Assembly (NCBI GenBank): GCA_951406725.2
Contig: OX597827.1
Span: 558,001 to 622,000, forward strand
Direction of reading: 5' to 3'
DNA: 64,000 nt
DNA from: Octopus vulgaris
Lineage: Eukaryota
Made by a program: the position numbers and the translations under genes. Below the pieces are notes generated by a model. It made no database searches. It saw nothing but the letters and a program-made list of their open reading frames with translations, and was not told where the DNA came from. Shown here in pieces: positions 30,795 to 45,370 of this stretch. The first letter of the stretch is position 1; every line of letters begins with the position of its first letter.

Positions 30795-30993
30795 GGTGTA
30801 GGAGTGGCTGTATGGTAAGTATAGGCATAGGAGTCGTTGTGTGGTAAGTAGCCTGCTTACGCTTACGAACCACATGGTTCCGGGTTCAGTCCCACTGCGT
30901 GGCACCTTGGGCAAGTGTCTTCTACTATAGCCTCAGGCCGACCAAAGCCCTATGAGTAGATTTGGTAGACGGAAACTGAAAGAAGCCCGTTGT
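30795..30993 (+). mobile_element. CORE-type SINE head with duplicated 5' end
   Basis: The A-box segment occurs twice (30795 and 30824), followed by B-box gggttcagtccc. Confidence 0.8.
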
Positions 30994-31087
30994 ATATATG
31001 TATATATATATGTATGTGTGTGTGTATACGTTTGTATGCATATGTATGACTATCTATCTATTCATCTGTCAGTGTGCTTTTCTTTCA

Positions 31088-31156
<69 letters not shown>

Positions 31157-31419
31157 AAGTATATTTGCCACTTAAATGTGGCTAACCACTAAGGGTGGAT
31201 GCTGCTGTAGCTTGTAGTCCCAGGAGAACATCTCCAGCTGGCTATTGACACACTTTCTGTGCTCTATCAGTATTTGCAAAAGGAAGCCATCCTTCTCATC
31301 ATCAACCTGATGTGAAATGCATGGACCTAGGTTTCTGGGTATTTACCCATCATCAGCGCACGACAATCACCGGTCTTCGATTTGAAGGGGTTCCAATCCA
31401 AATACATATATCCTGTTTC

Positions 31420-31974
31420 CAGTGATGAAAAGTCACTGATTTTGGTGGGATATGAAGTGTTTAGTCCACTCTGAACTTTCAAACCTAAGCCAAATGATAA
31501 CAAAGGAGATCTGCTACAAGCAACTTGAGTGGCTTAAGTCAGCACTAGAACAAAAATGACCATCTTTGGTTTCAAGACAAGAGGTGTTCTCCCATCAGGA
31601 TAATGCCTGGCCACATAGAACGAGAATGACATTTAAAAGGCTGGAGTAGTTTAAATGGGAAACGATGCCCCACCCACTATATTCACTGGACATTTCCCCA
31701 TATGATTATCATTTACTCCACAGTCTTCAAAATCATTTGGACGTAAAAAATATGAATTCTGTAGACGAGGTCAGAACAGTACTGGGGGAGGATTTTTTGT
31801 CACAAACAAATGAATTTTGGAAGATGGGCCTTGCAAGAGTACCAGAAAGATGGAAGAGCATTGTAGAAAATGAAGGAGAGTATATTTTAGATTAAAAAAG
31901 AACTTTCTTCATCTTAATTTTGAAGAATGAAAGAAATATGAAAAAAAACACATTATTTATGGAATGATCCAATA
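31420..31974 (+). pseudogene. mariner (Tc1/mariner) transposase 3' fragment with right TIR
   Basis: HQDNAWPH, HPLYSLDISPYDYHL (YSPDL/D34D region), RWKSIVENEGEY; internal stops; TIR-like ttatttatggaatgatccaata at the end. Confidence 0.85.
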
Positions 31975-32306
31975 TTTTAATTTTTAGTTTTTGTTCTATT
32001 CTAGATTATTGCTTAAGAAATATAAATTGAATTTATGTTTATGAAATTCTATGTGTACATGGGTGTGTACATAATTTAAATGTATGTGAGTGTATGAATG
32101 TATATATTATGTGCAGGTGTATGTATATATTTAATCAGATATTCATAGATATATGAATATATGATTAAACATGTGCTTATACATCAACACACACACACAC
32201 ACACACACGTGCGCATGCACATACATATATTTTTAAAGAGAGAAATTGGCAGAGAGGCAGAGGGATTGATAGAGAGAGAGAGAGAGAGATTGATATATAC
32301 ATATAG

Positions 32307-33352
32307 AAGTAGTTGATAGCTTCTGTTACCTAGGTGACCAAGTCAGTAGTGGGGAAGGGTGCACTGAAAGTGTAGCTGCTAGAATAAGAATAACCCGGGC
32401 AAAGTTCAGAGAGCTCTTACCTCTGCTGGTGACAAAGGGCCTCTTGCTCAGAGTAAAAGGTAGACTGTATGATGCATGCGTATGAAAAGCCATGCTACAT
32501 GGCAGTGAAACATGGGCCTTGACTGCTGAGGGCATGCGTAAGCTCACAAGGAATGAAGCCAGTATGCTCTGATGGATGTGTAATGTCAGTGTGCATACTC
32601 GACAGAGTGTAAGTACCTTGAGAGAAAAGTTGGACCTAAGAAGCATCAGCTGTGGTGTGCAAGAGAGACGACTGCGCTGGTATGGCCATGTGGTGAGAAT
32701 GGATGAGGATAGCTGTGTGAAAAAGTGCCACACCCTAGTGGTTGAGGGAACCTGTGGAAGAGGTAGACCCAAGAAGACCTGGGATGAGATGGTGAAGCAT
32801 GACCTTCGAACATTAGGCCTCACCAAGGCAATGACTAGTGACTGAGACCTTTGGAAATATGCTGTGCTTGAGAAGACCCGGCAAGCCAAGTGAGACCATA
32901 ACCTCATGGCCTATGCCAGGGGCATAACCGGCCCACTTATGCATACCTTTCCTTCATTGGACACTAAACTCTGCTTGCGAAGACCTATTGAGGTAAGTGA
33001 AATCGAAATCAAATTCGATGACTGGCATCCGTGCTAGTGGAGTGCTAAGAGCACCATCCGATCGTGATCGCTGCCAGAGAGGCTACCTGGCTTCTGTGCT
33101 GGTGGCATGTAAAAAGCACCATTTGAGCATGACCGTTGCCTGTACTACCTGACTGGCCCTCATGCCGGTGGCATGTAAAAGCACCCACTACACTCTCGGA
33201 ATGGCTGGCACTAGGAAGGGCATCTAGCTGTAGAAACTCTGCCAGGTCAGATTGGAGCCAGGTGCAGCCATCTGGTTTGCCAGTCGTCAGTCAAATTGTC
33301 CAACCCATGCTAGCATGGAAAGCGGACTTTAAACGATGATGATGATGATGAT
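32307..33352 (+). mobile_element. RTE-clade LINE 3' fragment with long 3' UTR and (GAT)n tail
   Basis: EVVDSFCYLG, MLHGSETW, RLRWYGHVVRM, GRGRPKKTW; premature stops; ORF end ~32893. Confidence 0.9.
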
Positions 33353-34131
33353 AAATTGTTAAATAAACAGAGAGACAGGTAAATAGATAGATACACAATA
33401 TATATATATATATTGTAAAGAACAAATAACACATACATAAAAAGACATAAACACTTACATAAATACGTACACACACTTGTAACCACACAGATACACACAC
33501 ACACTTGCATACACACACATACATGCATATGTACACTCACACGTATATTTAGAAGGATAAATATTTATATACCTTCTTGCTCCATGCAAAAATGTGATAA
33601 ATAGTCTGATGCTTGACATTTTGTGATCATTGCTCAGCTTCAATAGGTGATTAGTGACATTGAACTGAGCAGAAAGGGGGGAGAAGGGGGGTGGGGGTGT
33701 TGTTGTGACATAGAACACTTTCTCCCCCGAGGGCATTACTGGTGCTGCATGTGATGTGCAAAAGAGCTAAACTTCTGTGATGAAGATTTTCTTTTTCAGA
33801 CTTTGTTGCAAAGTAGGAGGTGAAGAACATCAACGAATGCTCTGTGCTGCCCTCTGAAATGGAAAAAGAAAACAAAATACACACACAACACATAAACATA
33901 CACACATATAAAATACAGCAAAAATGCCCACTAAAGACAAACAAACAACAAATAATCACATATACGCATGCGTACATAATGCATATCCTCAAACTCGTAT
34001 AAATACCTAAAAGCAATAGCAGTAGGTTTCACTTTCTCACTGTCTTGACTCTCTCCTCCATTTCTCCTGGATATACATACATATATAAATACATACATAC
34101 ACATATATATATATACATGCATATATATCTA

Positions 34132-34173
<42 letters not shown>

Positions 34174-35013
34174 AGTATGTACGTGTGTAGTCTGTGCTTT
34201 GTAGCTTACGTGCATAAACAATAAGGTATTCACAATAGAAGCATCTGATAATGTCTGTAGGATCCCTCTTCGTATGTTGATGTGTGCGTTTGTGTGCATA
34301 TAACTATGTGGGATTAAACACATTGTTACCCAGATGCCCACGCATGCAAACACATGTGTACACACACACACACACACACATGATGATGTGGTTTCTTATG
34401 TTGATTTGATTTTACAAGTTCTTTTTCTTTGTCAGCAGGTGGAGACTATGTGTGTTGCTGCTTTTGTGTATTGTCTTTTTATTTTTCATGTTTGCTTTTT
34501 TATTTCTTTATAATTTAGATTAGAAGCCTTGTTCAATGTATGAGCTCATTGTGAGGTCCATTGAACCAATCATTAGTTCAATGTATTATTGAAGGTGACA
34601 AAAGACTTTTAAAAGCTTGCATTTCATTGGCTGAGATTATACCAATTGTAGCTTCAGTAAGCTTATTCCATACGTTACAGTGCAAAATGCTGCCAGCCAA
34701 TGTGTTGGTTTTGGCACCAATAAAATGAAGAAGGCGTGTACAGAGATGAATGTACTAATCTTTTTACAATGAAGATTATTTATGTATTATGGTGGAAGCT
34801 GTATAGTTCAAAATTCTAGTAGACTGTAGCTTGGTTGCCCTTTATACAGTGTGAAAGTAGTGTCAGTGAAGTTATAGTTTAAAGAAAGTGAAAATTGATA
34901 TTTGTAAAACTTCTGCCCATTTGGGTATGAGATGCTCTGACACAGGCATTTTGGTGCCTCCTATTTGGCATTGCTAACTCATTCAATGCTAACTCATTTG
35001 ATATTAAAATGTT

Positions 35014-35660
35014 TTGACCCTTTAGAGTTCAGATTGTTTTGTCAAATGTAATTCACATCATTTTGAATTAATTATGCATTACCTTGTAGCTAAGACATTT
35101 TCGTCATGTGATTGCTTAGTTTTATGGCTGCGTAGTAAGTAGTAATAGGCGTAGGAGTGGCTGTGTGGTAAGTAGCTTGCTTACCAACCACATGGTTCTG
35201 GGTTTAGTCCCACAGCATGGCACCTTGGGCAAGTGTCTTCTACTATAGCCTCAGGCCGACCAAAGCCTTGTGAGTGGATTTGGTTGATGGAAACTGAAAG
35301 AAGCCCATCGTATATGTTTTATATATATATATATATTTGTATGTATATGTTTGTGTGTCTGTGTTTGTCCCCCCCAACATCGCTTGATAACCGATGCTGG
35401 TGTGTTTACCTCCCCGTAAATTAGCAGTTCGGCAAAAGAGACCGATAGAATAAGTACTAGGCTTACAAAGAGTAAGTCTTGGGATCGATCTGCTCGACTA
35501 AAGGTGGTGCTCCAGCATGGCCACAGTCAAATGACTGAAACAAGTAAAAGAGTAAAAGTGTAAAAGAGATAGGTGTGAGGGTGCAGACCTGGCCAGTTTC
35601 AACATAAAACAGGTTGAACGTTTAGGCCAGGTATGGATGGTTCACAATGCTTAAGTGTTG
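35014..35660. mobile_element. piggyBac-like MITE split by a SINE insertion
   Basis: 35014-35123 and 35569-35660 align with the two halves of 12488-12713. Confidence 0.6.
35148..35568 (+). mobile_element. CORE-type tRNA-derived SINE, full length
   Basis: A-box tggctgtgtgg, B-box gggtttagtccc, CORE-like caccttgggcaagt, internal TA/TG tract, (GTAAAAGA)n tail. Confidence 0.9.
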
Positions 35661-36197
35661 ATACTTCTCTTATTCTCAGCCTCCCCCTCTCTCTCCCCCC
35701 TCTCTATCTCACTCTGGATGTGCTTGTGTGTTTGCCACTCATGACAAAGCTGTTACCAAAAGAGGCTCACTGTTCAAGCAGCTCTACCAATTCACCAGCA
35801 TCCAAACAACCATGTTCAACTGAATCATCAGTTCATTGTGGTGTCATTTTTGACTAGCAAAATATGTGTACAATGCTTGCTTGCCGGGATTCTAACTTTG
35901 GTTGGAAGCTACATTAAAAGGGTTTTTGCCACACAATATGTATACACTATTATTTATAGCTTCATGTGAGTGCTCCAAAATAGCAGCTAGTATATATGTA
36001 TATATATATATACATATATTATCTGATGCGCAACTACCAAGTATATATATGTTCATACATACTTGGTAGTGGGATGATGAAAATTGTATGCTGAAAAATA
36101 AATCAAACAGCATTTCAACTCTGTGAATATATATATGTAAAAGGGGGATATGTGAATGTGTGTGTGTGCGTGTGTGTGTGTGTGTGTGTGTTTGTGG

Positions 36198-36249
<52 letters not shown>

Positions 36250-36469
36250 ATACGCAATGGAAGTGGGATGGTTCACCTTTGTTCCCTAAGTATTTGGGTT
36301 TATTTTTTGATTTGGTTGAATCCTGGTTGTTTTTTTTTTTTTTTTTTATTGGACAGTTACTTTTAGCATTTTGGCAGAAAAATATGATTCTAAAGTTGTT
36401 TTTTAACTAAGCGTACCCAAACAAGTTGAATGCTTACACAGAGTAGGTTTTACATCCACATCATCCAAA

Positions 36470-36500
36470 CTGACCAGGTGAAACCGGGGTTAGCTGCTAG
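36470..36500 (+). mobile_element. Helitron-like 3' end
   Basis: Imperfect hairpin ccaggt-gaa-accggg then gctgCTAG|T. Confidence 0.4.
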
Positions 36501-36682
36501 TATATGTATATATATATACAGATAAATAGATAGATAGATAATATGTCATAGCAATGATTACCTGTTGAGATGGTTTGCTCTCTCAATGTTTAAACACTTT
36601 ATTTTGATAAACGAAAATTGCACAAAGTTCATCTTTGTCCAATTACTGTGTAGTGTGTGTGTGTGTGTGTGTGTGTGCGTGC

Positions 36683-36714
<32 letters not shown>

Positions 36715-37399
36715 GTGCGTGTGTGTGTGCATGCATATCCATGAATAAGGCTTGCTTAAAGTCATTAACCTTTCAACCAGAAATGTCATCTGTCAGAAGT
36801 CACTCAATGGCTGATTTATTGGTTAGCAAAAAAAAAAAAAAGAAGGAAATAATTGAAACCAACATAGTTTCGCTAACTGCTGTTGTATTGTTATTTTATT
36901 TGCTGTGGTTGTCATCATTGTTGTTGGTATTCTGTTGTTGTTTTTGTTATTGATCTTAATGATGTCCCAATTATAAAACAGATGAACACATTATCAAAAA
37001 CCTCATAAAACAGAACAGAATCTACATTATTATTATTATTATTATTACACCAGATCAGAAACCAGCGCTAATAAAACTACAACTACTACAAAAAAAAACA
37101 CTCAAGAGAGTTGATTAATGATGGAAGCAATCGATACTCCTATCACAGCAGGATGCTAAAATATAGACTGTATAAACAACATGCACTAAACACCACAAAC
37201 ACAAACAACCCATGTTGACATCTAGAAGTAATGCTCACTGGGCTGTTGACATATAAATCTAACAGTAAAAACTCATGTTCCATCAATAATGTTTACATCA
37301 ATCACATTAAGCCCTTCCTACTTAACTGTATTTTGATGGCATAAAAGATGCATAGGTGTACTCGATGCACCCTAATTTCCACAGTAGAGCCAAGTGAGA

Positions 37400-37627
37400 T
37401 CCTAGACATGGCCAATGACTGGTTTTATGTAACTGGCACCTGTGCCAGTGGCCCATAAAAAGCACCCACTACACTCTTGGAGGGGTTGGCATTAAGAAGG
37501 GCATCAAGCTGTAGAAACCATACCAAATCAGATTGGAACCGGGGGGAAGTTCCCCAGCTTACCAGTTTTCAGTCAAACCGTCCAACCCATGGCAACATGG
37601 AAAATGGACGATGGTGATGATGATGAT
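37400..37627 (+). mobile_element. RTE-related 3' UTR fragment with (GAT)n tail
   Basis: Aligns with 33150-33352. Confidence 0.75.
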
Positions 37628-37632
37628 ATTCA

Positions 37633-37985
37633 GGAAATGTTGTTCTTCCAAAGCGTCTATGGAGTAACATTACTCAAAAAGGTGCATAAACTGGAGATCA
37701 GGGTGTCTCTCCATGTCTAGCCCCTATTTCTCTGCATTGAAAAGTCACAGCCCTGGTATTATGAACATGTGATTAGAATGTTGCAGGAGAGAATTATAAG
37801 ATCGATTCTTCAAGCCAAGCCAACCAGGAGGTGACCTAGGGTCTAAACCAGGAAAGGGTTGGTTGGGATAATATGCAAAGTCTTAGTCAGTCACACCTTG
37901 GAGTTCAGCCTGGGAATTTACTGACAGTTGCTTCTGATGAGACCCTAAGGAGGAGGTGCCTGTAACAGTGGAGGGAGAAGATGAA
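37633..37985 (+). pseudogene. RTE LINE C-terminal fragment (second family)
   Basis: EMLFFQSVYGVTL..IEKSQPWYYEHVIRMLQERIIRSIL; related to ~3976-4194. Confidence 0.7.
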
Positions 37986-38054
37986 TGGGTATATATTCAG
38001 GAGAAAAGTTTTTAGTGTAGTAAAGCTTATGGGAGGGCCAACTTCATATATTTA

Positions 38055-38260
38055 TTTTATTCTTTATTTGTTTCAGTCATTTGACTGTAGCCATGCTGGA
38101 GCACTGCCTTTAGTCAAGCAAATTGACCCCAGGGCTTATTCTTTGTAAGCCTAGTACTTATTCTATCGCCCTCTCTTGCCGAACTGCTAAGTGACATAGA
38201 CATAAACACACCAGCATTGGTTGATAAGCAATGTTGGTGGGGACAAACACAAATACACAA

Positions 38261-38350
<90 letters not shown>

Positions 38351-38358
38351 ATCAATCA

Positions 38359-38416
<58 letters not shown>

Positions 38417-38588
38417 ATATATATATATATATATATGACGGGCTTCTTTCAGTTTCCATCTACCAAATCCACTCACAAGGCTTTGGTTGGCCTGAGGCTA
38501 TAGTAGAAGACACTTGCCCAAGGTCTCACACAGTGGGACTGAACCTGAAACCATGTGGTTGGTAAGCAAGCTACTTACCAAACAGCCA
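38055..38588 (-). mobile_element. CORE-type SINE, full length, expanded internal microsatellite
   Basis: Head and tail intact; internal (CA)n(TA)n(TCTA)n(TA)n of ~170 bp. Confidence 0.9.
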
Positions 38589-39892
38589 AAAAAAAAAAAA
38601 TTTGCATCTTATATACCATCATATGCTAATATCATGTCATTCTGAAGATTGGACTGTGAAAGTCTAGAAATGTTGATAAAGGCTTTAGGAACTGCCCCCT
38701 TCCAAACAAGCTGCATAGAAATAATAAAAATATAAATAAAACGTTGATTCCCTTAACCCAAGCTAAAACTAGGACTTGATCATGTTTTTACTACAGATTT
38801 AAAATCTTCTCTGTATAATGAGAGAAAAACTACATATTGAGGAATTAGTGTGTAAGAGACAAGGCTGACCTTGTGATGGTATGGAGAATGCCAGTTCAAC
38901 AAGGGAGAGGTGACATGCTGAATAAAAGGAATCTGGGATAGCAGAAGCCCTAGAAAGACAGGGTAAGAAGTGGTGGAGGGGATGGTGAAAGATTCAAGCA
39001 AGTGTAGAGTTAATGTGTGAAAGAAAGACCATTATTTTCAAGCAAGAATAGAAAAAAAAAAATAGACATTTGATGATGATGATGATGGTGCAATGAGGAC
39101 AATGATGAGGATGATGGTGCAATGAAGACAATGATGAGGATGATGGTGGTGACAGTGGCAGTGATAGAGTTGATGCTGACAAGAGTAATGATGATGGTAA
39201 AGATGATGATGATGATGATGGTAAAGATGATGATGATGATGATGAAGATGATAATGATGATGATGATGTGGTGGCAGAGTTGATGATGACGATGATGATG
39301 GTGAAGATGATGGTGGTGTTAGTGGTGATGATGATGATGATGATGATGAGGAGGAGGAGGAGTTGGAGGTGGAGCAAGAATGCAGAAACCAACCAACGCA
39401 TAATTTTGAATGGTCAATAAATATATTACATGCGAGTCATATGTATTAACAAAAGACATATCATAAACAAAATACTGGAATACATCCAGCTTTAGAAACA
39501 GAATTGAAAGAGAATACATTGAATGTAGAAAGTATGCTGCTGCATGCTCTCAGTATATTGGGTATTTGAGAGATGGAGAGAAGGCAACTGTTACAGAGTC
39601 AAAACAAACAGCCTCTTGGAATTAGCTTAATGTATCAAAAAGGGAATGCTACATGTGATTAATGTGTTATTGATCTCTGTTGTAAAGGTTCTGGTTGTGG
39701 CAATGGTACTGGCAGTAGTGTTAAAAGTGGTGGTGGTTTACCCTTGGTATAATGTTGGTGATTCAGTAATATTGCTAGGGATTTGTGGTGGTGGTTTTTA
39801 TTGTCATGGCTTTTGTGAGGGATTTCTTTCAAAATCAGATTTGCATATCTTTGAACATTTGTCTTCTGTACACACGCACACACACGCACACG

Positions 39893-39940
<48 letters not shown>

Positions 39941-39954
39941 TAAAAATCCATCTA

Positions 39955-40400
39955 TCTGTATGGTTGAGATGTTTGCTCCCCAGCGATGTAGGATTAGATT
40001 CAATCCCACTGCTTGGTACCTTGGACAAGTGTCACTTACTATAGCTCTGGATTAACCATAGCCTTGTAACTGAATTTGTTTAACAGAAAATGAAATAGCC
40101 CCATTATATGTGTGTGTGTGTGTGCACACATGCGATGTGTGTGTGTGCATGTGTGTGTGTGCGTGTATGTGTGTGCTTGTGTGTACCCTAGTCTAGACAT
40201 CATATGATAGCTGTAAGTGAGCAACATCATCATTACACAAAAAAAATGTTGTTCATTTTCAGTCTGCCATGGAAGACATGTCTGGTCATGGTGAAATGTT
40301 ACCTTGCTTGGAAACATGTGAGGGTTGGTAACAGGAAGAGCATCAAACTGTAGAAAATCTGCCATTCATGAATGGGAAAAGTGGATGTTAAAATGATAGC
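39955..40400 (+). mobile_element. SINE head joined via (TG)n to 'tail B'
   Basis: CORE head 39955-40105, microsatellite, then a tail matching 52945-53200. Confidence 0.55.
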
Positions 40401-40585
40401 AATGATATATCAATGATATATCAATGATATATCAATGATATATATATATGTATATATTTGTGTAAACTGGCATTGCAGATAGAGTTGGTACAGAAACAAT
40501 TGTAAAGAATCACTAAAGATGTGTTAGAGAATTTTCTTCGCCTTCTTCTTTTCATTTGTCTATATGCGTGTGTTTGTCTGTGTGT

Positions 40586-40636
<51 letters not shown>

Positions 40637-40789
40637 AGTAGGTGAATGAATTATCCTATGTTTATCATCAGCAAGGAAAATTCGTTTAACCGAAACCTGG
40701 GTAGCAAATTCACGTCAGAAAACACGGTTGAAGCGACCTGTCAAGGGTAGAAACTCCGGGTTCATGTGTAGAAATTTGTGTGTTGTATA

Positions 40790-41560
40790 TGAATAAATGA
40801 AAGAATGGAGTCGAACGAAGATGTTAACAAAATTCCTTTACTCTTGACACATGTTTCGAAGACAGCATATTTTCATTCCGAAGGAATAAAGGGTGCATTA
40901 TGCAATCTTCTCATCAGGAAAGAAGAGGAGCCTCTCTCGACAACAAGACAAACAAAAATTTCGATGATTTCCTATATAGAAGAATGAGAACATTACTTCT
41001 TTAGAAAAAAACCATAATCATCAGATGAGACATAATTTTACAAACAAAGAATACCCCAAGAATACAGTAGGGACATGGCTGAAGTCTGTTGAGGATAACT
41101 ATGAATTAAGGGAATGATCAATGAAGTTAGCAGTTGTGAGAATTAGGGGGTGGGGTTAGGTTAAGAATATAGTTTGTGAAAGGGTGTAATATGGTATTTA
41201 AGGTCAGCGATCCCGGTGAGAAAGGAGTCTAGCAGACTGGTTCTTTGGTAGGCTGGAGATGAGGTGAAGGTGATATTTTATTATACTAGGCTTAGAGAAG
41301 TGGGTAGCTGGGAGAGGACCAAAGATAAGGTAATGATAAAGAATAAAGAAAGCAAACAGTTAAAGTGAAGAAATATAAATGCATAAATAAAGCCAATTAG
41401 GCATAGGGTTGGGGTTTAGGATTTGCTAGCTAAGGCTAAAGAACAAAGGGAGGAGGGTCGAGATACAGAGAAATTAGGGGTATTCTGTGGATATATTCTG
41501 TGGATAAATGCAAACAATTGTAATGAGCTGACAATTATTCATCATCTGTTCATTTGATTA
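40790..41560 (-). mobile_element. Penelope-like 3' UTR/pLTR remnant carrying the hammerhead
   Basis: 40790-40935 is shared with 44735-44865; bounded by TA-rich tracts; no ORF. Confidence 0.5.
40841..40922 (-). ncRNA. Type I hammerhead ribozyme with long branched stem II
   Basis: CTTTC-CTGATGA-GAAGATTGCATA..ATTCC-TTC-GGAAT..TATGCTGTCTTC-GAAAC-ATGT-GTC-AAGAG. The sister copy at 44785 has GTC-GAAAG, which restores stem I. Confidence 0.8.
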
Positions 41561-41584
41561 TATATATATATGTATATATATAAA

Positions 41585-41865
41585 TGTGAGATCGAATGGC
41601 CTAGTGGTTAGTGATCATGATTTTAATTCCTAGACCTGGTGGTGCATTGTGTTCTTAAGCAAAACACTTCATCTCATGTTGTTCTGTGATAACTTCAACA
41701 CCTGACATATGTTGCACCATGCACCTGTTCAGACAATGTCGATTTGATGGAGAGAGCTAATGTGTGACATGAACATTTGATCACTATAAATGAATCATTT
41801 GTGCAAGTCTTTCAGCAAAAGAACTGAATGCTCATACATCATCTTCAACAGGAGAATCCATCATA
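41585..41865 (+). mobile_element. tRNA-derived SINE (family of 12105-12365)
   Basis: tggcctagtggttag head; gatttgatgga..gagctaatg body shared. Confidence 0.7.
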
Positions 41866-43690
41866 GATTTAAATAAATCTAGAATTCTCTTGCCTCATTG
41901 ATAAACTTGCAGCATCCCTCACCAACAACGTGGCATTACATATCAAGCACACTAAATTTCGACTTCTTTTTCTTCTTTCATGGACATTCACAGCTCTTAT
42001 CCATCATCATTACAATCATCATCATCATCGTCATCATTTAACAGCCAAATTTTCTATGCTTTTATGGGTCAGAAACATATTTTCTATGACTGGAGGCCCT
42101 TCCTGTCACCAATCCATACCTGTTCCCAAGCACATTAATATTTCTCCATGGCCTGTTTATCCAGAATATCGGAAATGAATGACATTCACTTACAAGAATC
42201 ACGTGACATCAGGACAAGGTGACACTAACATACTCATACTCAAACATACATAAATACATATCTATAAAAATACTTGTGCAACATCATCTTAGAAAATACA
42301 GGTTTCCTAACCCTTACCACATTTCCTTTACCTCTGATCTTTACTTAAAAGTAGTTACCACATCATTTTACACACAGCTGAACTTATTCTTAAATACTGT
42401 TAGAATCTAGCTATGACCACCATTTCCTAGGTTGTATTGAGTTACAGATCTTCATACAGTTCACAAATTAAACCTTGAATTTAATAGAACTCTTCAGCTG
42501 ATATTGTGCCAAAATACACTCATGCAGAATTTTAAAAATATTTTTTGGTATATAGCTGCTATTTTGTGCTTCTGATATTTACTCATTGATATATAGTGTG
42601 ATTTGATTTATAAGTCTTACATAAAAAAAAAATGACTCTATTTGAATTTTGTAATAGTCCAGCTTAATTCTTCATGACTCAGTTTGCATTAAGTACATAT
42701 ACACAGCCATCCATATGCATATAAATTATATATACCTGCATATAGATATACATATAAACATATATATATACACAGACACACACACATACACAAGCATATA
42801 TATATATATACCTACATACACACATATATATATATTTATATATATATATCCATATGTATGTATATATTTAAATAATATATATATATCAGTATATATGATG
42901 AGTACACATACATCTATTTATATAAATGTATATATTAAAACATATCTGTCTGTATTTATATCTTTTTATCAATCAGTCTATCTCTCTATATATTTATATA
43001 CACTTATATAAACACACACACACACACATACATGCTAGGAAAGAGTTGAAGCTATATAATCTCATGTGAAATCTTATGAACCATGCCAAAGTCAAGAATG
43101 ATATTCAGTGCCATCTCAAAAATTTTGGCAAGACACCAGTCAGATTCAAGAAAAATATATAAAAAAAATTCTTTATCAACTAAGAGGTAACAAAAAATTG
43201 GTCAATAAATATAAACAACCACCTCCATGCCATGGATAATACAACTGATGCAACAATACCTACAATCTTTCAGCTACTGTGCCATTGCTGCCCACCCCCA
43301 TATATTTTTCTACATTTATCATACATCGCCCCCTCAGACGACTACTACAACTGCACTGCTTAGTCACTATTACTAGTGCCAATATTACAACACAATATAA
43401 CTGCTATTGGTGCCCAATATCCAACCAGCCACCATCACCACTCTGATATAACCACTACTTTTGTGATCATTGCTGCACTCCACAGCTCCACCCATTTCCA
43501 CTCCCCACCGATTACCCCACCCCCTATACTTTCATCTGTTGTGACCATAACTGAATCCTCCATCAATCAATGCTAACACCATTACCATTAAACACCTTCC
43601 CCACGATCGGAACTCTGAATGCCAACATCACCACAAGTGAAATCATGTTTGTCTATCTGTCCATTTGTTTGTATACATTAAACATGTACG

Positions 43691-43727
<37 letters not shown>

Positions 43728-44102
43728 ATATATATATGTATATACATACATACATATATATAAGCACACATATGTAATGTATATGTGTGCATATGCATAT
43801 TACATATATATATACACACATGCACATGTACATCCGTATAAATATATATATATTACACATATCTATGCATGCACAGGCATACACATATATGTATATGCAT
43901 ATAACTATCTATATATACATATCCATGTATATACATACATATGTATATATGTATGTACGCATGCACTCACAGAAACGCACACAGCTCACACACACACATA
44001 TACATACATGCACACATGTATATATATATAGATATATATATACATACACACACATGCATACATATATATATAGAGAGAGTGAGAGAAAGAGAGAAAGAGA
44101 GA

Positions 44103-44133
<31 letters not shown>

Positions 44134-44522
44134 TAAGAGGGAGTGAGAAAGACAGGTACAGCTTACTTTCAAATCATACAGTTTCCAGTTGAGTCTCACA
44201 GTGCAGAGTTATGGGCTGGTTTCGTCTGGTATAGTTCTGGACTTACCAAAGCTTTGTTCAATGGATTTGAGAGAAAAAAGCTTTTTGTATACATAGATAC
44301 ATACATACATACATACATACACACATATATATATATATATCTATATATATATATATTTATAGCATATATATATATATATATCATACATATATTTATGTAT
44401 ATATATGTATGTATATATATATATATATGTATGTATATATATATATATGTATATATATGTATGTATATATGTATATGAATATATATGTGTATAAATATGT
44501 ATGTATATATGTATATGTAATA

Positions 44523-44565
<43 letters not shown>

Positions 44566-44612
44566 AAGATAGAAACATATATACATACATACATATATAC
44601 AAAGACACACAA

Positions 44613-44672
<60 letters not shown>

Positions 44673-44702
44673 TTTATATATGTGTATATATATATATATA
44701 TA

Positions 44703-44734
<32 letters not shown>

Positions 44735-44741
<7 letters not shown>

Positions 44742-44865
44742 GAAAAGAATGGAGTCGAACGAAGATTTTAACAAAATTCCTTTACTTTCGACACATGTTT
44801 CGAAGACTGCATATTCTTAATTCCGAAGGAATAAAGCGTGCATTATGCCTCTATCAAGGAGCCTC
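44735..44865 (-). mobile_element. Second copy of hammerhead element, CUGAUGA half lost
   Basis: Aligns with 40795-40935; retains GAAAC-ATGT-GTC-GAAAG. Confidence 0.7.
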
Positions 44866-45336
44866 TATCAGTCTCACGATGAACAAAATCTTTTTGATGA
44901 CTGCCTACATTGTGACCGCAGTGATATATATATATATGAGAAAAGATTGAGTTCTGCATCATTCTTTTCTTTGAGGGATTCCAACGGTCGATTTCTAATA
45001 AAGATTCTTCATATCACATTGGTAGCTTACTGTTGTAAGTATTTTTCGAATATGAAAATGTTATAATTATAAAGTCTGTTATGAGCATTTATAGAACATG
45101 TATCCTATAGAAACTCAACAAACAATTAAAGATCAAGAAGAGAAGGTGTTATAAGCTTTTAAAAAGATTTAATTCATGCATACGATCGTTTTGAACGCTA
45201 ATATTGACATTTAAGTAAATTTTTTACCATATTATTCACATGTTAATATTACATGTTAATATATATTAATATATATATACATATATATATATACATATAC
45301 ATATATATATATATATATATATATGCATAAACATAC

Positions 45337-45368
<32 letters not shown>

Positions 45369-45370
45369 AT

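Noticed and set aside
32007-32022. Partial match to miR-137 (ttattgcttaagaa)
   Set aside because: Only ~14 nt in AT-rich DNA, and no precursor hairpin.
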